DNA of 64,000 nt, from NCBI GenBank assembly GCA_000092065.1, contig CP000587.1. One strand, given 5' to 3'. Below, piece after piece: positions 37,999 through 46,708 of the stretch. A program made the position numbers and the translations under genes. Position 1 is the first letter of the stretch. The number at the start of each line of letters is the position of its first letter. The DNA comes from Ostreococcus lucimarinus. Lineage: Eukaryota. The notes below the pieces were generated by a model. That model saw only the letters and a program-made list of their open reading frames with translations, was not told where the DNA came from and ran no database searches.

Positions 37999-40900
37999 AT
38001 GGATGCCGCCGAACGCGGCGCGATCGCGTCGATGCCTCACGACGATGCGCCGACGACGACCGCCGGAACGACGGAGCTGTTCGGCAAGATTGACGGCGAG
38101 ACCGTGCGGTTCCTCGTCCAGAGCTCGTTCGCGGGCGATCAGCTCGATGAGTTGAAGCGGCAAATAGCGATGTTGCGCAGGCTGCGCGCGGGCGATCGGT
38201 TCGTGCTGCCGGGTCAAGGGACGCCGCGCGCGACGAAGGAGCGCGTTTTTGGCTTGTTGGACTTGGGGTGCGGGGCGGAGTTGCGCCTGAGCGATGCGAC
38301 GAAGACGTACTTCACGCACGCCGAGTGGATGTACTCGTATAGAGAATTACCGCTGTTTTCTCAACTTTCGGATGAAAGGTCGACCGATGCGGCCAAGGCG
38401 AAGTTTGCGAGGAAGCGCGACGGTGACGGTCGAGCCGAGTTGAATCTAGCCGACGTGAATAGATTGGCGACGAAACCGGTGGAGATTTTAGAACGCGAGG
38501 GGAAGAGGTTGTTGGAACACGCACATTTGCGAGAAATCGAACGGCTGCGAGAGGAAGCAGATGCTTTGAATGAGATGGACGACGACGGACAACGGCTCGC
38601 CTTGGAAAATCGCATCAAACAGCTTGAGTTGGTGAGGGTTCAACAGCGAGTAAGAAATGAGCTCGTGTTTGCGCAACAGGAGATAATGCAGATGCCGGAG
38701 CGAGCGTATAAGAAGATGGTCAAGGACAACATCAAAATACTCGCTGAGAAGAAGAAGAAGGCTGAGAAGAAGGAGAAGCAAGAACAGACAGCGTTCTATC
38801 GCAGTGTGCTAGCAATGCGTAAACGTATCAACGAAGAGTCGAACAACGCTCGCGATGAGCGCTTAGCAAGAAACAAAGCTGTGCTGAAAATGCACGAAAA
38901 GTTGAACCGCGAATTCATGCGAAAGGCTCGCGATGAAAATTCAGAACGTTTGTTGCGCCTGGAAGCGTTAAAGGCGAACGATTTAGCCGCATATCGCGAG
39001 TTACTCGCAGAGGCGAGAGGTCGCGAGACTGATATGACAGCTGAAGGCGAGGGTGACAAATATGAAGCTTTGACTTCGTTCTTAAACGCAACTGAATCGT
39101 ACTTAACCAAGCTTGGAGGGAAAATTGCCGCGGTGAAGATTGAGCAAGCGCGTTCAGAAGCCGCCGCCGCCGCCGCATCAGAGGCCGAGGCCAAAGGTCT
39201 TACTGAGGAAGAAGTCAAAGTCGTCGCGGAAGAAGCGGCAAACAGTGCAGCTATTGATCATGGTGAAGCCATTTTAGACGGTGCTGCGGATGGTGGAGAC
39301 ACGAAGGAGCGATACTATGCCATGGCGCATAGTACGCAAGAAATCATCACACATCAACCGCGCATGTTGACCTTTGGAAAACTTCGCGATTATCAGCTCG
39401 TGTCCCTGCAATGGATGATTTCGCTGTATAACAATAAGTTAAATGGTATTTTAGCTGATGAAATGGGTCTCGGGAAAACAGTTCAGGTGTGTGCGTTGAT
39501 TGCTTACTTGTTCGAAAGCAAGCAAAACTTTGGACCGCATCTCATCATCGTACCAAACGCCGTGATTGTGAACTGGAAAGCCGAAATCAGGCGATGGTTG
39601 CCGAAACTATCCACCGTGTTTTACGTCGGCTCAAAGGATGCGCGCGCTAAAATTTTCCAGCAACAAGTTTTGCAGCTCAAGTTCAACGTCCTCGTCACTT
39701 CTTACGAGTTCATCATGCGAGATCGATCCAAGTTGAGCAAAGTGGCATGGAAGTACATCATCATCGACGAAGCGCATCGGCTGAAGGATCGCGAAGGTCG
39801 CTTGAGTCGGGATTTGGATAAATTTAGAGCGCAACGTCGCTTACTTCTCACCGGTACTCCGTTACAAAACGAGTTGTCCGAGCTTTGGTCTCTCCTAAAC
39901 TTGCTCTTACCTGAGGTGTTCGACTCGTCAAAAGTGTTTCAAGAATGGTTTGGAGGGAACTCGAAGGTTAGTAACGACGCCGACGGCGAAGATTGGATCG
40001 AGAGAGAAAAGAAGGTTATCGTCATTAGTCGTTTGCATCAGATTCTTGAGCCTTTCATGCTGAGACGATTAGTGCAAGATGTTGAGAGCAAGCTTCCGCC
40101 TCGCGTCACCGTCATCGTCCACTGTCCGTTCAGCGCCTTTCAGTCAGCTTGTTACGACTGGATTCGTAAAACGGCCTCCATTCGCGTTGAACCAGGAACT
40201 AGAATAGGACTGGCGGCACAGCAAAACTTCCGTGGGTACTTGCCACTCCAAAACAGGGCGATGGAACTCCGCAAGCTCTGCAATCATCCGTCGCTGAGTT
40301 ACCCTCCTGAAAAGGGTGGAGATTTCCGAGGTCCGAACCTTGTGCGCGCGGGCGGTAAGTTTTGGATATTGGATCGATTGCTCGTGAAGTTGCAACGCTC
40401 AGGGCATCGAGTGTTGTTATTCTGTACTATGACAAAGCTCCTTGACTTGTTGGAAAACTACTTACAGTGGAGATGGACCACTCCGGATGGTCAAGACTTG
40501 AAGTATTGTCGCATCGATGGAAACACTTCATTGGAGCAGCGCGAGATTGCTATTAACGATTTCAACGCACCTCACAGCGATAAGTTTATCTTCTTGCTCT
40601 CTATCAGAGCCGCTGGTCGTGGTTTGAATCTTCAGACGGCGGATACCGTGGTAGTGTACGATCCAGATCCAAACCCGAAAAATGAAGAACAAGCCATCGC
40701 ACGAGCGCATCGCATCGGCCAAACGCGAGAAGTGCGTGTGATCCACTTTGAAGCAGTCGACGATGACATCGTGCAGAAAAAGAAGGGAAGCAAGAAGGAA
40801 GAAGTTGGTTGGGGCGGTCCAAATAGAAGCTACTGCGAATCCCTCGAGTCGTCCGTTCGCAACGTCATTCAAAAACAAAAGATTGAAATGGCTGCTGAAA

Positions 40901-41535
40901 TTGTTGATGCCGGTAGATTTGATGGTCAGACGACGCATGCCGAACGACGGGAAACTCTCGAAAACCTTCTTCAGCAGCAAGCAAATGGCACGCGAACAGG
41001 CGTAAGCGTGCCTCCGTTAAAAGAACTTAACGGCAAGATCGCTCGCTCTCAAGAAGAATGGGACTTGTTCAACCGTTTGGACGAAGAGCTCGATTGGCCA
41101 GGCGCTTTGCTGAGCTCGGCAGAGTGTCCGTCGTGGATCAAGTACACGCAAGACGAAATCGATCAAGCTGTTTTTGCAAACACTAAAGTTGGACAGTCGA
41201 GTGTTACGCAGTTCAACGAGAACATGGGTAGAGGCGCTCGGTCGACAAACAACTTGAACGCGAGCGGATCGGCGGTGTGGACCCACGCCGACAGACAAGA
41301 GGGTGACTTTATCGATAGAACTGGCATAGCCGACGACGATGGCGATGAAGATGAAGAGAGTGATGACGTAGCCGTACGGGAGGACTCCATAGAAGATATT
41401 GGAGATATTGATATCGATGATATCGAAGACGCTGAAGATGACGACGACACCACGACTTTGAATACGGTTGAGATGAACGACGCCGACGAAGACGACGGCG
41501 GCGAATCACCCAAGAGGCGACGATTAGAGTATTGA
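37999..41535 (+). CDS. SWI/SNF chromatin-remodelling ATPase, Snf2/Brahma subfamily (no bromodomain; CHR12/23-like)
   Basis: ATG at 37999. DEMGLGKTVQVCALIAYL..., DEAHRLKD, LLLTGTPLQNELSELWSLLNLLLP and the helicase-C region align closely with BRG1/Brm. A K/E-rich coiled-coil region lies upstream. Acidic C-terminal tail. Confidence 0.9.
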   Translation: MDAAERGAIASMPHDDAPTTTAGTTELFGKIDGETVRFLVQSSFAGDQLDELKRQIAMLRRLRAGDRFVLPGQGTPRATKERVFGLLDLGCGAELRLSDATKTYFTHAEWMYSYRELPLFSQLSDERSTDAAKAKFARKRDGDGRAELNLADVNRLATKPVEILEREGKRLLEHAHLREIERLREEADALNEMDDDGQRLALENRIKQLELVRVQQRVRNELVFAQQEIMQMPERAYKKMVKDNIKILAEKKKKAEKKEKQEQTAFYRSVLAMRKRINEESNNARDERLARNKAVLKMHEKLNREFMRKARDENSERLLRLEALKANDLAAYRELLAEARGRETDMTAEGEGDKYEALTSFLNATESYLTKLGGKIAAVKIEQARSEAAAAAASEAEAKGLTEEEVKVVAEEAANSAAIDHGEAILDGAADGGDTKERYYAMAHSTQEIITHQPRMLTFGKLRDYQLVSLQWMISLYNNKLNGILADEMGLGKTVQVCALIAYLFESKQNFGPHLIIVPNAVIVNWKAEIRRWLPKLSTVFYVGSKDARAKIFQQQVLQLKFNVLVTSYEFIMRDRSKLSKVAWKYIIIDEAHRLKDREGRLSRDLDKFRAQRRLLLTGTPLQNELSELWSLLNLLLPEVFDSSKVFQEWFGGNSKVSNDADGEDWIEREKKVIVISRLHQILEPFMLRRLVQDVESKLPPRVTVIVHCPFSAFQSACYDWIRKTASIRVEPGTRIGLAAQQNFRGYLPLQNRAMELRKLCNHPSLSYPPEKGGDFRGPNLVRAGGKFWILDRLLVKLQRSGHRVLLFCTMTKLLDLLENYLQWRWTTPDGQDLKYCRIDGNTSLEQREIAINDFNAPHSDKFIFLLSIRAAGRGLNLQTADTVVVYDPDPNPKNEEQAIARAHRIGQTREVRVIHFEAVDDDIVQKKKGSKKEEVGWGGPNRSYCESLESSVRNVIQKQKIEMAAEIVDAGRFDGQTTHAERRETLENLLQQQANGTRTGVSVPPLKELNGKIARSQEEWDLFNRLDEELDWPGALLSSAECPSWIKYTQDEIDQAVFANTKVGQSSVTQFNENMGRGARSTNNLNASGSAVWTHADRQEGDFIDRTGIADDDGDEDEESDDVAVREDSIEDIGDIDIDDIEDAEDDDDTTTLNTVEMNDADEDDGGESPKRRRLEY

Positions 41536-41582
41536 TTTGATTGTAATTTTACACAAACATCTAGAAGTCATCATGAACTCGC

Positions 41583-44333
41583 TCAAATTTTTGTTGCGTC
41601 CTTCTCGCGCTGTTCCGCGGCTTCCAACAGCGTAACAACTTCGGCGATGAGTCGCTGAGCGCTGCCATTCGCCGCGATGGTCGGAATTATCACTTCACGA
41701 AGGAGCGTGCGCTTCTTGATGCCGAGGATTTCTGAAGCCCACGTGTCGACTGACGTGCTCGCACTCAGAGGCCCGAGGAATTCGGTGCAAACTTCGCGAA
41801 GTTGTGATTCTGCCCCGACAAACGTAGTGCGAGGATCATCACCGCACTCAGTCGCCAAGTGACGCACGTACGCCGCAAGCCACGATTTGAATTCGTCCGC
41901 GGATTGCAACATGGCTGCACCCGCAACTAGAATTTCTAAGTGTCTGCCAGTTTCGCGGCGTGCTGTCAGTCCACTTGTCTGCAGCAGTGCAGCTGGTCCT
42001 ACGTGCGCGGCAGCGCGGGCAGCGGCGATTTGCAATGCTTGCATTTCCCCAAAGCCTGAACTACCCGGCTGACGAAGCCGAGATGTAAACTCCGATCGCA
42101 TGAAGCTTTGGTCGGCAACTCGAGCCCACGTTTGCAGATCACTGTGATAGACGTAAGCGTAACCATTCGTGAAGGTGAAAATCGGAGCCCCGGACTTTGA
42201 CAGTCGCACCGTCGCGAGCGCAACTCCAGAGCGCGAGGAACTACGCACGAGCGCCGAGCAGTCCGCCTTGAGCGTGCAAGTTTCTTTGCCCACGGCCACG
42301 TTCCACACAAGGAGCGTGTAGTCTCTAGTAACGATCAAAAGGGACGAATCATCTTTGCCGGACACTAAGAACGCAGCTCGATCAGGCAAAAGCAGAGACG
42401 GCATGTAACGCCGACCGCATGGGGTGTAGAGTTGCAATGAACCATCCTCAAGAGCAACAGCGCAGAAGTTCTTATTTCCACTGAGATGAGTAGCTTTCAT
42501 ATCGATGCGATCCGTCCACTTCATCTTACCCGCTTGCGAGCAAACCAGCTCCACATAAGAGCGCTCATGGTGGTTCTTTGCCTCGAGAAGTAGTGGTGCG
42601 CGTTCCTCGCTTCCTTCATCCGCCTCTAAGTTTGGCTCAACGAGTTGTATGTGCATCGAACCGGGCGCCGGAGCCACGGGAAGAGGCGGTGGTGCGGGCA
42701 ATGCTGTAGTAGGAATTTGCGAACGCTGCGGCATCGACGGAGTAGTCGGTGGAACCTGCTGCACTTGCGTCGGTTGAAGCGCCACTCGCTTCGGTGCGGG
42801 CGCAGATGGCGCCTCAAAAGCACTCTGCACTCCATTGCCCCCATTCATTGCCGTAGGTTCTATTCTACGTTTCAATCCATTCGTAGCATCCTGCAAATTT
42901 TGAGGCTGCGGATTCGCTGGCAAAGGCTGGAGCTGCACGCGTTGCGGTGCCTTGACTGGAGTGCCCACAGATGGACCGGTGGCTGCGACGGGAACAATGC
43001 GTCGACGACCGTCGTTACTCACCGTCTCGCGTTGCGCTGATATTGTCGCCACTCCGTTTTGTGCTACGCCATTATTACTTCGAATCGGCGCGGGCTGAAT
43101 TCGCTTCGGGGGCGGCGGAGTTGTCTTCACACCCTTGGACACGTCGTCTAACTCGCCCGGCGCAGCCGCCGCGAATCCAAGCAACGTGGGATCTTCCAGC
43201 ATGGGCGCGCGGTTGCGTTTGATATCACCGTACGTCTCGGACAAAAAGGCTTCAGCGGCGGTGTCGTCCAACTTTTCACCGATTTCAGCCGGGTCAAACT
43301 TAAACGTGCACAGTGTCCCGTCGGTGCTGCACGCCAGCAATGTGTACCCATCCGGAGTCCAGCACAAGTCCACCACGGACTGCGAGAAGCATTTACGCAC
43401 GATACACACTGGCTTTGGCCTGTTCGTGGTCCAAATTGTCAGTTTGCAGTCTTGCGACCCACACGCGATGACTGTGTGAACTTTATCTCGCTTCTCGTCG
43501 TGGAAAAGCACGGGCGAGAAGCGCACGGCAACGACGGGTCCTTTGTGTCCGACGAAGTCAAAGTTGCTCCCCCAAGACCCGCGTTCCAACACCGATGCCG
43601 TGTGAGACGGCTTTTTGTACGAGTTACAAGTCGTCACCGCCTTGCCGTCCGGGCTCCAGCACAGGCGCATCGAAAACGTTGCGCCCATGGACGCCTGGTA
43701 CGGTTCCTCAACCTTGGCCACTTGCGTCCAATCATCCGTACGCCATATGATGCACGTCTTATCATCGCTCTGCGTCGCCAGAAATTTCCCTATCGGATCC
43801 CACGCCACGCCTTTGACAAAGCTCGTGTGCCCTCGAAGCGTCGCCACCGGATTCCCCGTGCGACAGTCCCAGATAATCACCAAGTTGTCGAGCGAGCACG
43901 ACGCCAACATGGAATCATCCGGCGACCACGCGATATCGATCACATCCGATCCGTGTCCCCTATACCTCGCCGCGATCGTCCAATTCTCCACGTTCGGCGC
44001 ATCCGCGCTCCCGAACGCCGCCTTTCCCGGTCCCTCTCGCAGCGCGTACACCAACACGCTCGTATCCGTCGACCCGCTCGCCAAATACCGTCCATTCCGC
44101 GAGAACCGCACGCAATTCACCGGTCCGAAGTGATCGCTCAGCGTCGCCAAGCACTTCGGCGCGTTTTCATCCGCCTCAATCTCGCGTTCAAGCACCGGCG
44201 CGAGCGCCCAAACCTTCACCTTTTGATCGCCTCCCGCCGTGGCGAATCTCGACCCATCCGGCGCGGCGTCCACGGAGAATATCGGCGCCGTCCCGTCGTG
44301 CGCGACGAACTCGGGTTTATACACCACCACCAT
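41583..44333 (-). CDS. HIRA: HIRA histone chaperone (WD40 plus Hira domain)
   Basis: N-terminal ...YKPEFVAHDGTAPIFSVDAAPDGSRFATAGGDQKVKVWAL parallels human HIRA [28 protein letters not shown]. Seven WD repeats, then a conserved C-terminal Hira domain. The track start at 44339 is GTG; the ATG is at 44333. Confidence 0.9.
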   Translation of the reverse strand: MVVVYKPEFVAHDGTAPIFSVDAAPDGSRFATAGGDQKVKVWALAPVLEREIEADENAPKCLATLSDHFGPVNCVRFSRNGRYLASGSTDTSVLVYALREGPGKAAFGSADAPNVENWTIAARYRGHGSDVIDIAWSPDDSMLASCSLDNLVIIWDCRTGNPVATLRGHTSFVKGVAWDPIGKFLATQSDDKTCIIWRTDDWTQVAKVEEPYQASMGATFSMRLCWSPDGKAVTTCNSYKKPSHTASVLERGSWGSNFDFVGHKGPVVAVRFSPVLFHDEKRDKVHTVIACGSQDCKLTIWTTNRPKPVCIVRKCFSQSVVDLCWTPDGYTLLACSTDGTLCTFKFDPAEIGEKLDDTAAEAFLSETYGDIKRNRAPMLEDPTLLGFAAAAPGELDDVSKGVKTTPPPPKRIQPAPIRSNNGVAQNGVATISAQRETVSNDGRRRIVPVAATGPSVGTPVKAPQRVQLQPLPANPQPQNLQDATNGLKRRIEPTAMNGGNGVQSAFEAPSAPAPKRVALQPTQVQQVPPTTPSMPQRSQIPTTALPAPPPLPVAPAPGSMHIQLVEPNLEADEGSEERAPLLLEAKNHHERSYVELVCSQAGKMKWTDRIDMKATHLSGNKNFCAVALEDGSLQLYTPCGRRYMPSLLLPDRAAFLVSGKDDSSLLIVTRDYTLLVWNVAVGKETCTLKADCSALVRSSSRSGVALATVRLSKSGAPIFTFTNGYAYVYHSDLQTWARVADQSFMRSEFTSRLRQPGSSGFGEMQALQIAAARAAAHVGPAALLQTSGLTARRETGRHLEILVAGAAMLQSADEFKSWLAAYVRHLATECGDDPRTTFVGAESQLREVCTEFLGPLSASTSVDTWASEILGIKKRTLLREVIIPTIAANGSAQRLIAEVVTLLEAAEQREKDATKI

Positions 44334-44531
44334 CGTCACCGCCGCGACGCCCGTCGGCGTCGATCTCGCGCGCGCGCGTCACGCTCGCGAGTGCGGCGTC
44401 CGTCGCGGCGTCGTCGCGGCGTCATTTCAAAAAAAACCGACCGCCGGACCGCGGCGACCGCGTCCATCGACCGACCGACGCGCGATCGATCGCGAGACCG
44501 CGAATCGCGCGATCGCGCGAACCTCGAGGCG

Positions 44532-44563
44532 TCGATCGACCGATCGCGCGATCGGTCGATCGA
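44532..44563. repeat. Perfect 32-bp palindrome built of cgatcg units
   Basis: tcgatcgaccgatcgcgcgatcggtcgatcga. All 16 pairs around the 44547/44548 centre were checked and are complementary. Confidence 0.85.
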
Positions 44564-44825
44564 TGGACGCGCGCGCGTAACGACCGCGGACGGCGACGGC
44601 GACGGCGACGGCGCGACGCGACGCGCGATGGCGACGGCGCGACGCGGTGCGCGGGCGACGGTGCGCGCGGGACGAGGGTGCGGCGCGCGCGACGCGCGAC
44701 GGCGAGGCGAGGCGGCGGCGAGGCGAGGACGAGACGCGGGCGAGCGACGAGGACGCGCGCGCGCGGCGGCGAGGGTGGATTTGGACGACGAGGACGTGGA
44801 CGCTGGGTACGTCCCGGGACGAGGT

Positions 44826-44863
44826 GCGCGATGCGATGCGATGCGATGCGATGCGATGCGATG
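44826..44863. repeat. Pentanucleotide microsatellite (GCGAT)7
   Basis: gcgatgcgatgcgatgcgatgcgatgcgatgcgatgcg, in the HIRA/Mini-III divergent intergenic region. Confidence 0.9.
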
Positions 44864-44945
44864 CGCGCGAACGGCGGGGTGCGGTTTGGTCGAAAGACGC
44901 GGTGACTGACGGGGAGACGACGAGGACGCAGACGCGCTCGAACGC

Positions 44946-45446
44946 GTGGAGGCGAGCGGGACGGCGCGGTCGAGCTCGCCGGGGGAGGTTTGGGTGCCCG
45001 AAGATTTGGTCGATTTGCGAGGGAAATCGGCGAGGCAGTGGAGTCCGATCGCGTTGGCGTTTTTAGGCGACGCCGTGTTCGAGTTGTACGCGCGAGGGGT
45101 GTTTTTTTACCCGCCCGCGAAACCGCTCGAATACGATTTGAAGACAAAGCGACTGGCGCGCGCCGAGGCGCAGGATTTTTTGCTCAGGCTCTTGATCGAC
45201 GGCGACGCGTTGAGCGAGGAGGAGGTTTCAATCGTAAAATGGGGGCGGAACGCGGCGTACGGGAACATTCCGACGCGATTAAAAGGGAAAGGGAAGGGCG
45301 GGCACGGGACGTATCGCAACGCGAGCGCGCTCGAGTGCCTCGTGGGCTACCTCTACGTCGTCGATCGCGCGCGACTGCAGGAAGTGATGACGATCGTCAT
45401 GTCTGAGACCGCCATCGAGGGCGCGTTGGCGCTGTCTTCGAAATAG
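44946..45446 (+). CDS. Mini-ribonuclease III (MrnC/RNC3-4-like), 5'-incomplete model (no in-frame ATG)
   Basis: SPIALAFLGDAVFELYARGVFF...SEEEVSIVKWGRNA...YRNASALECLVGYLYV matches the Mini-III family across the whole catalytic domain. The ORF starts at GTG 44946 and is bounded upstream by TGA at 44907-44909. No ATG precedes the domain. Confidence 0.65.
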   Translation: MEASGTARSSSPGEVWVPEDLVDLRGKSARQWSPIALAFLGDAVFELYARGVFFYPPAKPLEYDLKTKRLARAEAQDFLLRLLIDGDALSEEEVSIVKWGRNAAYGNIPTRLKGKGKGGHGTYRNASALECLVGYLYVVDRARLQEVMTIVMSETAIEGALALSSK

Positions 45447-45528
45447 TTGTTGTCGTTATCTATCTGTACACGTTCTTTCTTCTAGCGAGCGCCTCTCCCC
45501 TCTCCTCGCGCCTCTCTACCGCCCGCGT

Positions 45529-45792
45529 CTACCGCCCGCGCGCGCGATTGACGTACAAATTCGCGATGGACAGCCCTAAAAACAACCCATACAACCCCGC
45601 CGCCTGCGACAGATTCGCGCTCGCGATCTCGTGCGTCATTCCCGGCGCTTTCCAATCCGAACCGAGGTGCGCGTAGTGCTTCTTAAACAGATGCGACAGC
45701 GCCGCGCAGACGACGACACCGAACGCGCTGAGTCCGGCGCAGCACGTCGCGCTTTGCGAGCTCGTCGCGATCGCGAGCACGCGGCCGAACAT
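45529..45792 (-). CDS. Hypothetical small membrane protein (87 aa, two hydrophobic segments, GxxxG-like)
   Basis: ATG at 45792-45790. Non-repetitive sequence with two predicted helices (AGLSAFGVVVCAALSHLF; AAGLYGLFLGLSIANLYV). Confidence 0.3.
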   Translation of the reverse strand: MFGRVLAIATSSQSATCCAGLSAFGVVVCAALSHLFKKHYAHLGSDWKAPGMTHEIASANLSQAAGLYGLFLGLSIANLYVNRARGR

Positions 45793-45875
45793 CGTTCGCG
45801 CGCGCGTCGCGTCGCGGAATCACGTCACGCGCGCCGGACTCAGCGCGTCGTCACATCGCGACGACGCCGCGTTCG

Positions 45876-46415
45876 ATGGGCGAGCGCGGCGACGACGGCG
45901 CTCGCGATGGCGCCGAGCCGTCGTCGTCGTCATCGTCGCCGTCCTTCGCCCTGGTCTTGCTCCCGAGCGGGTTCGTCGTGCGCCCCGTGCCGCCGTGGCC
46001 CGATGCGCGTCGGACGTCCCGGTTGGCGCACGCGCAGCGCGCGCTGGACGCGCTGACGCATCAGTACGACCGGGCGTGGCGAGAGATCGCGAGCGACGTA
46101 TTGCACCGAGGCGTGATGCCGGCAAACGGGGCGCTGAGCGCGCTGCCGATCGTGTACGTCGACGGTGGATGCGCGTGCGAGGTTTGGGACTATCGCGGCG
46201 GCGCGGCGAACGCCGTCGCCGACGTTCGGACGGTGCGGTTGCGAGCGACGTCGGCGACGATCGCGCGGGACGCGGAGATAGAAGCAAATGCGATGGAGGC
46301 GTTGGAAGACGAGGACGCGGCGACGATGCGGCGGTTGCGTTTAGAGGGAGCTCTGCTCGCGGCGACGAAGCCGGCGCTGCGCCTGGAATCGCCTTCGCGC
46401 GAAGACGCTTCTTAG
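45876..46415 (+). CDS. Hypothetical protein (179 aa)
   Basis: ATG at 45876. Mostly non-repetitive. No recognisable motif. Confidence 0.3.
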   Translation: MGERGDDGARDGAEPSSSSSSPSFALVLLPSGFVVRPVPPWPDARRTSRLAHAQRALDALTHQYDRAWREIASDVLHRGVMPANGALSALPIVYVDGGCACEVWDYRGGAANAVADVRTVRLRATSATIARDAEIEANAMEALEDEDAATMRRLRLEGALLAATKPALRLESPSREDAS

Positions 46416-46424
46416 TTGCCACGA

Positions 46425-46543
46425 CGCGCGCGCGCGCGTCGAGACGGCGAATAGCTCGCTCGCCCATAGTGTATTTTTATATATTGCAGTTTTCTAGCGA
46501 ATCTAGGCGCGATCGCACCGCGCGCGCGCGCGTCGAGACTGCG
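46425..46543. promoter_or_regulatory. Pair of 25-bp direct repeats (cgcgcgcgcgcgcgtcgagac[g/t]gcg) flanking an AT-rich TATA-like segment upstream of the TIG/EGF protein gene
   Basis: Copy 1 at 46425-46449. Copy 2 at 46519-46543. Between them lies gtgtatttttatatattgcag. Confidence 0.5.
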
Positions 46544-46708
46544 CTGACAAGCCCTCGAGAGCGTGGCCCGAAATCTCGAGGCCGTTGGCGTGCGAGCCGC
46601 GGCATAGCACGCCTCGCATATCACGCCCGCGAGCGTCCATGCGCACCGACGACGCGCGCAAAACGTAAAACACGCGCGTCCGCGCGCGTCTTCGCGTCGA
46701 ACGGCGCG

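Noticed and set aside
43452-44909. 485-aa plus-strand ORF antisense to HIRA
   Set aside because: Arg/His-rich low-complexity translation with no motifs. HIRA on the opposite strand is clearly the real gene.
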